From Kudoa neothunni (lineage: Eukaryota; Animalia; Cnidaria), in assembly GCA_964304625.1 (NCBI GenBank), contig OZ199839.1:511970-575969 (forward strand): a stretch of 64,000 bases of DNA. Reading direction: 5' to 3'. The notes beneath the pieces are model-generated. The model saw only the letters and a program-made list of their open reading frames with translations, did no database searches and was not told the origin of the DNA. Positions within the stretch are counted from its first letter, which is position 1; every line of letters begins with the position of its first letter. The position numbers and the translations under genes were made by a program. Of this stretch, positions 1-12,632 are shown in pieces.

Positions 1-862
1 GATTAAATTTCTCGAATTTTCGAATTCAAAGTTACTGAAGAAATTATTGATTCAACTAAGGCTGCATAACAAGAATTTATTACACATCCACCAAAAAATT
101 AGAGCAGACAATTATCCTTCTAACTAGGTTCACGGTGGTGTAAAATACAGTGCCACCTCGGAGTTCGACCAAAAATTGTGAGTCAGAAACACTTTTAAAC
201 TCAAACACATATAGAAAGGGTATTCAGAACAAATCCAGTTGGAGCAAAAAATAGATTAGAAAAGTTATTCTAGAAGAAGATTCACTAAATCAAATTGTGT
301 AAACCTCATCGAAATCGACCCCTTTATAATTTATCATATGACAACCAAAAAAATGTAATTTATATTTATTTCTTATAAACACAAGGTATGCATATTTTTC
401 ATAAATAAGAATAGAAATACTCATTTATTCGACACTCAAAACGGATTAGACTAATTTTCATTATTTTGCGCGGGACAAAATTATTCCAAGTTCGAACCCA
501 CTTCTAGAACGGATTATGGTCGAATATCCGATTTGGGTTGACAGTACTGATTAAGATACTTTTATATTTGACTCACTGACAGAATAAGGCGCTCCTATTA
601 TTAAGATTATTATTAATTTACCTAAAAAATTTCAAAAGCTTCCTAGTCTACCTACTCTATTAACTAACAAGATTCGTCGAAATATCAATAGTTGCTTGAC
701 CGCAAATATTGAATTTCAATGAAAAAGAGTCATAAGGGACATTTTTTTTGAGTAAAACGAAATTTTTAACAACCTCAAGGCTACTCACGAAGAAAAAAGT
801 TCGAATTAACAAAACACATAAATCAACCGATAATAAGACTATCTAACAAATGCCAAAAATAT

Positions 863-2413
863 TTAACAATCTAACTCAATTTCGGTAGTGTTCTCAATGC
901 TTTCAGCTTTGGCCCTTCTTTTTTGTCTTTTAGCTTCTCTTTCACTATTGTAGATGGATACTTTCTCAACAGCCTCTTTGATCACATCAATGTTAGATTT
1001 TGGTTTGGGTAGGTTGGAGCCGGATTTGTTGCAATTTTGCATATATTTGAGGCGTTCTTCGATTTGTTCATTAAGACATTTACCAACCACATCATTAGGT
1101 TTATCTAAAGGAGAATAGAACCAACAATCTACGACTCAAAAATGGAACCTTGGAAGAAGTCCATTCTCGAAGCAATCGAACATTTGTGAGCAAGTAATCG
1201 TGATACACGTCCTTTACAATTGAGGGGTGCACGACTAATGAACGAGCTGTGATAGATAAGGCCGTATTTTGGCGTTCTTCCTCTAGTTTTGATAGCTCTA
1301 AACAGTGCTTTTTCAGCACCTAATATCTGCAAAGTGGAAGCGGGGCATTTGGCCAAATTTACAAGACTGCCAGCTTGTGAGATCAGCTTGGCGCCAACAT
1401 TTTCCCCAACCACGGCGGTAAGATTAGGAGCTATTCTTTTCATCTTTTTCGATAGATATTTCGATAAACTTTGTCTGTATTCATTAAGCGATTCCACTCG
1501 ATGAGCGAAACTTTTGATATTCATCAGGTCAAGTTCGTTAATATCGGTACCCATCGAAATTTTGATGGTATTGATAATTTCATTGAGTTTATCCTCATCA
1601 TCTTCTAGAATATCGTTCATTTCTTCGAGGTGAGTTTCGACATCAAAACTATCACGATCTCCAATCAACAGAACCAATTTGGTAAATTTGGAGTTATCGT
1701 TGACTATTTTGTACAATTCTGGGAAATGATACGAGTACCATTCTCTATAAATGAAGTTAGACACTAAATCAGATTAGCGTATTGTTTTGGATTGCCTTAT
1801 TCTCATGGAAAATGTGTTGATATCTTTGTCCAATTGTTCCAATAAGGCGATAGACTGAATAATCATATTGTCAGCCTTGTTGACGTTGAATTTGACTTTG
1901 GATCTCGAAAACGCATGTCCCAATCCCAATTGGGCCGCATCTGAGACTTTTCCATTAACACCATCAACCATCTTCTCAAAGTGAAGACGAATTCCACGAG
2001 CAATCTCTAAAACAGTTTCGCCATATTCACATTTTATATCGATAATGTCTTGGATTGATGAGGCCAATTTGGGTTCACTCACGCCAAGTTTGATATTATC
2101 TTTATTCGAACCAACATTGGCTAAGATAAACTCTTGCAAATCCTCATGCACCGAGCCATCGGAGATAGCCAATGCGTTATCGAGAGATTGTTGAGCATTT
2201 TTGAATGGAACAAATGCCAACAATTTGACAACCTTTCCAAATCTATCCAGTTGGCCAATAGATTCCTGCACTTGAGGCAAAAGATTGCCTATCTCCTCTT
2301 TGGCTACAACCTTGAACAATGCGTAGCCTGTAGCGTGCTCGAATAGAATAATTAGATTCTAAATAGTTGTTGAGAATTATGTTTACAGAATCTCTAGGAT
2401 ATATAACCTTCAT
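863..2413 (-). CDS. NOP56: Nucleolar protein 56 (box C/D snoRNP core), 4 exons, about 468 aa
   Basis: Exons 2413-2408, 2358-1796, 1744-1149 and 1104-863 join in frame (1407 nt). Motifs [59 protein letters not shown] and LAKCPASTLQILGAEKALFRA match NOP56. Intron 2 (1795-1745) is GC-AG. Confidence 0.95.
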
Positions 2414-2598
2414 AGAGAGTTGAATCCCGACACAAACTGACACAATCTAAAGGGTGGTTGTTCAGCGTGGGCATACGACTGTTGCCGAAGGTGTTAAGTG
2501 TTAAAGTTTCAAAGTGTCAAAGCGGCGTTATGGATTGTTTGGGGGTTGTGAGTAAAAATTTCTCCGAATCACAATTATTTCTAGAATTTAAAAGTAAG
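2414..2598. promoter_or_regulatory. Short divergent (bidirectional) promoter region between NOP56 and the FAAP24-like gene
   Basis: The two genes are head-to-head with about 185 bp between the putative ATGs; the spacer is locally GC-richer. Confidence 0.45.
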
Positions 2599-3784
2599 AT
2601 GCTCTTATTAGTTTCAACAATAGGACATTTCAAGCTTTTATTTAATGATTATTGAGTGTTAAGTGTGAGCAATTTTAAATGTATTGTAATTACATTCTTT
2701 TTCTCGGTTAGGAAATAAACCAGTCGTTGTTATATCATCTACTTAACGAAAAATCTTCTGACGATTTTTATTACTATTATTTTAGATTAATTATTTAGTT
2801 ATTTATCTTTAGTGACTCAGATTTTATCGTGTTTTATGTATTTTAAAACATAATACATTCGAGAGTGAATTATGTTAAATATTTTTACATTGATTTTTGA
2901 ATGTAAAAATAATCTAATGACATTAAGTTGTACAACAAATTAAAGTGATGTTTAGAATCGAAATTCTGCTTGATTATTGATAATCAACTTGAATATGAAG
3001 ATGTTATTCTGAACAATTCATGCAGACTTATTTGTTTCGATCATTTCGATTTCAATAATATCAAAGAACGCTTGGAGACTCTCACCAAAGTCCTAGATTT
3101 CAGTCAAAATAAAAAATATTTCGTAATATTGCCTGATATAACCAACGCTCGAGATATATGCTCCAGTATGTTTGTCAACAATTTTCTACGGCTGGAAAAA
3201 CTCTATCTACCCTATTTCCAATTTCTTCCGTTCGATTCATCCGATGACGTGGTCACCTATGCTGAAACACTTGTATGTCCATTTCAGCTGAAATCTTTAC
3301 TGATTATTTTTTTTATTTTATATTTTTTAATGAAATTTGCATTTTGATATTTGTAAATATTATAGAAAATTAATATATATTTTTATGCTGCTTAAAAACA
3401 GATATTTTATAATTGTCTTTAATTCCTATCCGTTACGGTTTATAGTACAAACGAATCAACACACCCCAATCGCTACAAAGACGTCGAAAATCAATAGAAA
3501 AAAAGAATGACATGCCAGATACACTGGAAACTCTAACAATGAAACTTCTTAAATTTGTACCCGATCTAGGCGACAAAAAAGCTACAAAGTTTCTCATCGA
3601 ATCCGAATGTTGATTCTGAGTATTATTTCTTAGTTTTAACGTTGTTTTTAGGTTTGTCCAATATGACTACCGCTGATCCCAAGGTTTCTTAATTTCGTTC
3701 TGTTATTTTTGTAAATTTTTGTAGGTTCTAAATGCGCTTATTGGTAAAAAGTCATCTGGATCTGTTCAAGAGTTTTTTAAATAA
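2599..3784 (+). CDS. FAAP24: FAAP24-like protein (inactive ERCC4-fold + tandem HhH; Fanconi anemia core-complex associated); 5' exon(s) unresolved
   Basis: Exons 2956-3272, 3446-3608, 3652-3683 and 3725-3784 give LIIDNQLEYEDVILNNSCRLICF...LLKFVPDLGDKKATKFLIESECLSNMTTADPKVLNALIGKKSSGSVQEFFK*. This aligns with recalled human FAAP24 (LIFEDGLTPDFYLSNRCCILY...QIPGVGKVKAPLLLQKF...ELEQVVGQAVAQQIHAFF). The start at 2599 is tentative. Confidence 0.7.
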
Positions 3785-4544
3785 CGGTGTATTTTACTAG
3801 TAGGAATAATTTTTATGTTTTTATTTTATAGATTTAAATTTATTAGAAATAATCGGATTTACAATTTTCAACCGCGGTCTTAAATTAAAGAGGACCTTGA
3901 ATTGTTTAAAACTTTAAAGCTTTTGATAGCCTTAGAGCACATACGCTAACGAGTTGTCTAATTATGAACATTTAATGTTTTTAATTTAGAAAAAAATGCG
4001 TATATGTTTTGTGAAAATAATTACTCCCTTTGGTTTTTAAAAAAAGTGAATTTATAGGAGGAATTGTTGAATAAATTTAATATGGTAGGCTTTTTGAAAT
4101 TTTATCGACAAAAGATCGGCTGATTTCTGAAATTTTTCAAAAATTGTAGTCGGTTTTCTTGTTTACAAAATCAAACTCTGCTAAATTAATACGTTGCGGA
4201 TTTACGACTGATTAGATCAACCCCATGTAGCATTGCATTGCATTGTAAGTATCGCGAAACGAGTAACATCTGCTCCCTCGTTGCGTATCTTTCGGCAATA
4301 ATATGGGAGTTGAGCTAACTAAAAATTAACATTTCTAGGGCAACCACCACCCGAACACTATTCATAAAGACTGGATATATATGTTTTATGCGTTTTAGTT
4401 CATCTCTGACGATTCAAATGTCTAATTCAATAAATTCCATCAGATCGAACTATAATTGTAGCATATGTTACATATTTTAATGCAGTTTTATTTTAACAAC
4501 TACTCCAATTTGGGGATAGAGACGTAAACATACGGAACCAGCAA

Positions 4545-4622
4545 ACTGCTCAACAATGAGAATCGAACTCAATACCTCCGATGATTAAGTCCAGTTACCC
4601 TACCATTGGAATGTGTCTCGGC
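4545..4622 (-). mobile_element. Degenerate tRNA-derived SINE head or tRNA pseudogene
   Basis: The minus strand reads GCCGAGACACATTCCAATGGTAGG (A-box-like) ... GAGTTCGATTCTC (B-box/T-loop-like); there is no intact cloverleaf. Confidence 0.45.
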
Positions 4623-5826
4623 TAACAGCGTTTTCACATGAATGCATCAGGATGCAAATTCTATACTCAATTTAAAAAATTTAATAATCTCGTTAACAAT
4701 TCGTTATTGTGAAAAAATTTTATTTCTAAATTTGTCAATTTATCTAAAATATTTTTCACAGCTTTAGTTTTATCTTCTTTGACTCCTGGCAGTTTTCAGA
4801 GATATAAATTTGGTCTACGGCTAAAAACATTGATGCCCTACATTGTTGAACACTTGAATGATAGAAAAGACTGCCTTAGATAAACCGAACAAATATTTTT
4901 CATAATTTTAGATTAATATATTTTAGAATTTAGTGGATTTTAAAAATTCAACACTCCAAAACCACTTTTTGTTTTCTATTTTCCTAATTATATATCGCAC
5001 TTAAATATATCCCATATACATTGAAAAATCTCATTAGTATTATTATATTTATATATTAATCATATAAAATTTTGCAGGAAAAATTTTAATATTTAAGCGT
5101 TAATTAAAGTAAATTTAGAATTTAATAATTCTACTATATTAATATAATGTAACCTAGAGTAAAATTGCTTATTTATTTCTGAATATTTGTAAACTTTAAA
5201 TAGTTATTATTAATAGCGCTAGCGAAAATATATTCTCTTCTATGTGTGTTTGAATTATGCTTATTTTCAGTGGACAATATCAACTTGTAAATATTTGAAC
5301 TGAGTACTCTGGTATACTCGACATTAACCTCCATAAAAATAATTTTTTTTGAACAAACAAAAACATTTTCTTATATGATGCAACATTTATTAATGAATGC
5401 AATTTTCCTTACAACTAACGTTATTTGAAAGATTATAATTAAGTATTGTGAACTTACTAACTTTAAACATTTGCCAATGCAATTTTTTATTAGATTACGT
5501 TTATATCTTGCCCATATTAGAGCGTGCGAACCGGATAAAAATCTTTCGGATCCAGATTTTTGAAGTTACAAAAGGTGGAACCCTACACTCGATTTTAATT
5601 ATAAACATTTAACTACGAAATTAATAAAGTTTGCATTTTAAAAGATTAAGTCTAAAAATAAAAGTTTTATATAAAACCTGATTAGTTTGTAGATACGTAG
5701 TTTTTTTCATTTTAGCAGCCTAAGTGTATAAAATATTATATTTTCTTTCTCGAAAAAATAAACAACGGATATACGGAAAACAGAAGTTGTTACTATACAT
5801 AAAAATAAATGAACAATAATTATGAA

Positions 5827-6648
5827 TTATTGTTCATTGTATTTTGGTGGATCATGGAAATCCTTCCCATGTGATAAATTTTGAGGATCACCTGTAATAC
5901 AGGAAAATGGATCCTCGTTGTGAGAAGAATAGGGCGGAGGTTGAGGAGCAAGCGAAAAATTGTCAGAAGCTGGAGTTGTATGGATTAATGGAATACCGTT
6001 GGGAGGTCTTGGTTGTGGGGATACATTTTGAGGGTTAGACGCTTAATAAAAGTTAAAACAATATATTTCAAGTGTAACATCAACCATTTTGATGATTATC
6101 GCCAGAATTGTCGCTATTTTTTTTATATAGGCATTTGTAAAGACCTCCGAAAAATAGCAGGCAGCCAGCAATTATAAAGAATGGAATGTAGTACACTTTT
6201 GCAGCATGTTTTCCAGATGGTGAGGGATACTTTTCATCTTTATAATCGATCGTTGCGGGTTTCCCTAGAGAAAACTTTGCAGTAAATCTGTAAAAGCCAT
6301 TTATGATATAAGATTAAATTTATTTACGTGTGCTAGGAGGTTTTCTACAACAATTTGTACGTGCATATTTGCTTTCCCAATCCAAAGGCATGTCACAAAG
6401 TATACGGAAACAATACGTGCTAATTCTGAAAGTTGGATGTTTACATAGGCATTGATAACAACTTTTCCAAGCATATTTTACGTAATAGTTTCCTACTTGA
6501 ACGGTGGTGTTATCGGGTTCAAAACAAACATGCATATCTTAATTTATATTTATAAATTATTGTATCGAACACAAGCCAATAAATATTAAAATTATAAATT
6601 ACATGTGATACCAAATAATGAAAACAGGAAAAGTGCGCTATCAAGCAT
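5827..6648 (-). CDS. Single-pass membrane protein paralog A: signal peptide, Cys-rich VWC-like ectodomain, TM helix, cytoplasmic PPxY motifs (about 216 aa, 4 exons)
   Basis: Exons 6648-6603, 6537-6328, 6264-6085 and 6041-5827 are in frame with GT-AG introns. Features: MLDSALFLFSLFGIT leader, CYQCLC...C...C...CC pattern, TM YIPFFIIAGCLLFFGGLY, PPPY and PPKY. Confidence 0.8.
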
Positions 6649-7471
6649 CTTAAAAATAATATATGAAGAAGGATTGAAACCAGTTTATTAAGTATATTAA
6701 TTTAAATCTGATTATTAATGTGATAAAACAACGAATTAACTTCCAGATTGATTAATAAAATACACTCTATTGATTCAATGTGATTTTTATTGTTAAAAAT
6801 ATATTTTACTGAGCCATAAATTAAAGAAATATCGTAATTATACATTATTAATTAACGGTTTTTCATCTACCGCACTTTAATTAACGGGAAACGAATGAAA
6901 GATGTTTTCTTGCCAAACAATCGCTTTAATAAATTAAGCTAAATGATAAGTTATAAATTGAAAAAAAATTAAAGAATTTGTGGAGTCCTATATTTTTTAT
7001 TGTCAAAATGATTCAATTATTGTTTTTTTTGAGAGTTGTGATTACATGGATCACATGACCAATTAATTTGGATTATCTTAATATTAAAATTTAATTATTT
7101 AGTATAAAAGAAAATGGCGTATTCGCAAGGATATTTATCGCTTTTAATACATCATTTAATGTTTAAATTCCCTCGTTAAATAACTAATTAATGTAACGAT
7201 TATATTAAAATAAATCTCTATCGTTGGAATTACCCAATTAAATGTTTTAAAACTATCAGAAATAATTTACGTTGGATTTATGAATTAGGATTGAGGGATG
7301 ATTAATTCTGATTGCATATGGAGACACATTCTTCAGACATTATTATTGTACTCACATGAATTATTAATTTATTTTGTAATTAAATTTTAATTAATGGGAT
7401 TAATAATTAAAAAATACACTTTTCATTTGTTAAAAAAATAATAACAGTTAAGTCTCCCGTTTCATTATTAA

Positions 7472-8439
7472 CCCTCGAAGGACCACGCTCAAAAAACTTA
7501 CGTGTGTTCCCGTGGGGGTTGGTCAGCGAAGCCAGTGGTTTCCTACCATAATGATTGAGTATGATTTTAACTTTTGGTAAATTTATTAATCAATCTATTT
7601 ACCATTATAATATATGTTTAAAATATCTAAGCGACAAAAGAATTTGTTAAAAATATCGTACCCACATCAGGAGACATTACCAATTAAACTTATCCAAACA
7701 AAACTTCAAGTAGTGAATGTAATAGATATAACTATTTCAATTTCATTTTAAATTGAATGTAACAAAATAGAAACTTCTACGCCACTTTTAATATCAATAT
7801 TAGACCGCTCGGCCATGGCACCAACAGGAGGTAACTCCGGTAAAGTTCGGTAATCCAATATTGATTTTTACACTAAGATGTTTTTACAACACATCTTGAG
7901 AAATTACGAATAATTTTGAGTATAAATAAGTACAGACGAATTTATTTGAATTATACGTGAAAATATTTTTAATCAGAATATAAATATAATTCAAAGCTTA
8001 TTTCTTTCAAATTGGTTTTAATCGTTTCAATAGTTATAAGGAAATGGCCTAGCTTAATTTGTCTAAAAATTATAAAAATAAAACGATTAACATAAATGAT
8101 AACTTGTTAATTTTATGGAATAGGGAATCGTTGAAATTTGGCGATATCATGACACAGAAATAATGTGACTAAATTTTAATTTTTTAATTATTAGACTATA
8201 CTATCAATTTTTAGTAAAATATGGCTACATTTTAATTTACTGCAATTTAAATTTAATTAACGGAGAAAATAAATATGTTAAAAATTTTTAAGCAAATCAG
8301 GCAACCTGTTAGGTTTTCAACGCGCAATAACCTGTACAATAATAATAGAGGGATTAATCTCTTTAAATCCTATTCCATCTTCGGAATCTTATAACAGATA
8401 GCAAAAATGGTTACAAACAATATTCCTCTGTTTAATGTG

Positions 8440-8473
<34 letters not shown>

Positions 8474-8748
8474 TGTGAATGATCATTTTTCTTATCATGT
8501 AAATTAAATGCACTTGAAACAGCTGAATAAAATTTTTTTAAAATAACATATATCAGTGCTACATAACATAGAACAAAATGTTTGAGCCGTAAAATACAAT
8601 AATTTATTTGAAATTTTGTATTTCTAAACATCATATATTAATCTAAGATTACATGAACCCAAAAAATTAAAATGAAAAGATTAAGTAGGTAAAAACAAAC
8701 ATTTAACAAAAATGGGGTCACGAATGACTCTGCATGGTCCCGGGAAGG
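7472..8748. mobile_element. Non-autonomous piggyBac-like element
   Basis: TTAA|CCCTCGAAGGACCACGC at the left end and CATGGTCCCGGGAAGG|TTAA at the right (imperfect TIRs, TTAA target sites), plus a GGGGTC..GACTC subterminal palindrome. Confidence 0.6.
8443..8468. repeat. (AT)n microsatellite
   Basis: Direct reading; a similar tract lies at 12228-12250. Confidence 0.9.
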
Positions 8749-10397
8749 TTAAGTTAATAATTTTTAAATTTAATTTTGCAAAACTTTACAGGTATTCAAT
8801 GGTTCATTATATTTTTTTATACAAACATAATTTTCTTATATTAGTTTTATCGAATTATTATGAATCTAGCAATTCTTATTTGCCATTATAGCCTAAATAA
8901 CTCTATATTATAAAATAATTTTCACTTTAGAAACTTCATTAAAAAATGCTTCTCAGTTAATCTCCAATGGTGATTTTTTCGATTGTGACTGACTAGTATT
9001 GTTTATGTTAGTTAAAAACTGGGATGCCTAAATTTCTACAATTGTTATAATAAATAATTCAAATGATATAATAAGAAATTTTTGTTTCATTTAATTGTAT
9101 ATTTAAAACTATAGTTCCCCATAAACATTTGTTAATGAAGATTTATTATCTAATTGTTGTGTTTTTTTTTCGTGACGTCATACTAAACAATTCTTCATTT
9201 CTCAAGATTAATAATCGATCAAAACCTTATATTTTTTTATTAGCTTGCGTTTTTTTAATAAAAAAATATTTAATCGGTCTTTTATTCTATTACATTACTA
9301 AGGATATAATTAAAGGAATCTTCTAGCTTTATAGTACAAAAAATCAAAAAGTTGTAAAATTAATCTTCCCATGATTTAAGTATTTTAAATTTTTCTGTTA
9401 AATATAAATCATTAGTTCAGTCCATGATGGCGCTAAAAACGTCTTTCTAAATGATGAATTTTATTTCTTAAATATAATTTCACTGAATAAAAAAATCAAA
9501 CATTAATTCCAAAATAGTCTGTAAGGTGATTAATAAAAGAGTTTATTACTATTTTTGTTGACTTGCTGTTAATTTAGTGAGTTTTATGGGATTTCGTCTT
9601 GCCAATTGTAAGTAAGTTAATTTTAATTGCTAAAATTTACAGATCAAGATGCGATCATAATAAATAAATAAAACATATCGAGATTTGCATACCGTTCTCT
9701 ATGAGGGATGTCAAAATTCGTCAGTTGGATAGTGCATAAAGTTTACTGAAATTGTTCGAATATTATTTTTTATATACTCATAAACTTAATTAATACATAA
9801 AAATAAATTAATATAAAAATATTTGTATAGATATTGTGTTTAGAATGTTTATTAAGATAACGGATACGGTTTTGAGCGGTAGGATTTAATATGGAATGAT
9901 TAGGATTAACTGCTCCAGATCAAACCGTTAATAGTTTTCTCGAGTTTAGGTTCACTATTATTTAAGGTAAGATTTATAAATATTTTTCAATTTAAAGAAT
10001 TCAAAATGTTTTTTTCAGGTCAATTCCAGTCTATTAATTTTTTTAATATTTACACTTTAAAAAGACTCTTATAATTTAGGATTTTAGTTTTACGTTCCAT
10101 CTTGAGTCTCGTTTAAAAAATTTTTGTATTATCAGATTGTATTGATTAAACATTTAGGATTTACTTTTAAATATTTTATATTATTTGTTTCAATTTTTAA
10201 AATATGTTTTAATAATAAAGACCCAACTCAATTTAATCGTTCACCAAAATTCTATTTAGGGTCGGTCCTTCAAGGATTCTCTACTTTATTTGAGTTATAT
10301 TTTTTATTATTATTATAATAAATAGCAATAGAGATATACATCTAGAATTTATAATTACATAAAATCACAAAAATTATGTACCAATAAAAAATATAAA

Positions 10398-11214
10398 TTA
10401 ATCTAAAGTGTATTGTGGTGGATCTTCTAAATTGTTCTCATCTAATTTATTGGTTAAGTCTAACGTGCTATAACCAGGTGGATCGGGCTCTTGATCATTA
10501 TAGGATGGAGGCTGAAGTTCATTTTGGCAGTTATCTATGACCGTGTTTCCTAATTCAAATTCTGTGGGAGGTTGTGGCTGTGTTGACAAATTTTGGGACA
10601 CTATAGCTTATAGAATCATAATTGATGAGATAATAAATTTGACAAAAAATACCATTTTGTTGTTCATTATTGGAGCCTTCTCTGTTTCTCTTGTAAACAC
10701 ACTCGTATATGAAACCAAAAAATAGCATAACGGCAAGAAAAATGAGAATTGGAATATAAACTGCCTTTGAAGCGTTACCTACATTGCCCGGTGTATTCTC
10801 ATCGTGGTTTTGATAAGTTGGTATTCTGATGCCTAAAGGAAATGTTTAATTAATGTTAAATTGCATTACAAACTTAAATATGAATTTACTTACGTGTCTC
10901 TATTGATTTCTCGCAACAGTTTTTACGTGCATACTTGCTTTCCACTATCGAAGACAGATGACAAGTTATACGATAACATAAGTAATTTGAATCTGGATTT
11001 TTGCTTATACAGAAGCAATGAATGCAATAATTTTGTGCATTTTTTACGTACAATTTTCCAATTTCAACAGTTGTGTTATCAGGTTCTAAGCAAACATGCA
11101 TAGCTTTAATTATATATAAAATTATTTCATCAAAACTATGTATTAAGAACCCAATCAAGAACTACTTATGATGTGTATAAGTGAAAGGAAGTAAAATACA
11201 ATTTCTATCATCAT
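10398..11214 (-). CDS. Single-pass membrane protein paralog B (same family as 5827-6648; about 215 aa, 4 exons)
   Basis: Exons 11214-11166, 11103-10894, 10832-10653 and 10606-10398. Internal exon lengths (210 and 180 nt) and phases are identical to paralog A. Features: MHVCLEPDNTTV..CIHCFC..C..C..CC, TM YIPILIFLAVMLFFGFIY, PPSY/PPGY/PPQY. Confidence 0.82.
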
Positions 11215-12218
11215 TAGAGTGATTTACTAAAAAGGTTGGAGCCAACTTATTAAGTATATTAACTTAATCTGATTACCATCTCGATATGTGAATGCATCAA
11301 CTCAAATATATATTTTTATAAATTCGACCTAAGTGTTGAAAAATATATTTTTTCCGCTAAGCATAGAAAGAAATAGGACAGTTCGGATTGTCATATAAAA
11401 ATTTTATCTAAACTGATAACGATAAATACAGAATAAGTGAGAGAAACTATTTCTGAAGGAAAATTTTTATTGAACATGAAAAGATATTTTTATGGTTAAA
11501 TCGATATGTTGATTTCTACCATGGGCTACTCTTGATTTATCGTCTAAAACGGCATGATTCGTAAGAATTGAATTTTATTAAACTATCATTTAATTAATTA
11601 CCTATTATCATGAAAATTAAAATTCACCACTTTAAATGTTACGTTGAGTGATATTATATTATGATTTTTATCCATTGTGGGAGTTTTTTAATTATTTACT
11701 TATGGTGGAAGCATGCAATCCATGTATTTTCTTAATTTAACCACCATTCCTAAGTGCTATCTATTGATAGGTGAGACCTAACGAAAATTCATAAAGCTAC
11801 CCATCACAGATTGTTAAATAAAAATTAAAGACATTTTAAATAATAACTCCATTCCGTGAGTCTTCAATATTATTGTTCCGAATAGTTAAGTGATAACGTA
11901 ATCAATTATTTAAAAGTTAATTTATGACAATATCTCTTTAAAAATAATACTCTATTATTTCTAGGCACAAATGATGAGATAACATTATCTACTTGAAATT
12001 TTAATTACTCTGTGGGATTTAAAATTATTTGAAATCGTTGAGCTTAATATTTTATATATTTCGTCAATAATAACGCATTTGAATGATTAAAGTATTTATT
12101 TGAACTGAATAATGGGCCTATCAATAAACCCACTTATCTTTAATCTCATTAACTCTGATATATTTACTAGGTCAATTTTTAAACATCGTTGGCCGATAAT
12201 CATACATTAAAAAAATAA

Positions 12219-12250
<32 letters not shown>

Positions 12251-12632
12251 GGTGATTTGTCCTTACGGCATAATAGAAGACGGACTGATTTCAAGTAAGA
12301 GATAATTTTAATGATTGTTTAATGGTGAAATCGCATCTTCGATAACTTATATCAAACACACTATCACAGTTGTGCTGTATAATCTCAATAAAAAGATTTA
12401 TTCCTATTTTAGACATTTATTACGATAAATACTCGCTTAATCAATTAAGCTTTCTATTGTTAGAAAAATTATTTTTTCAAATTATACATGGTTTTAAGGT
12501 TCACATGTGAGTTGAATTTTATAATCATGATTATGTAATGTTGATAACTTTCAATAAAAATAAAACCAGTTAATTTATCAGTCGGAGTAAGTTACATAAT
12601 GAATTGAATTAGAGTAGGGAAGGACTAATTAA

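Noticed and set aside
7800-7822. tRNA gene (minus strand GGTGCCATGGCCGAGCGGTCTAA)
   Set aside because: Only the 5' A-box/D-arm is present, with no anticodon or T arm; probably a SINE or tRNA fragment.
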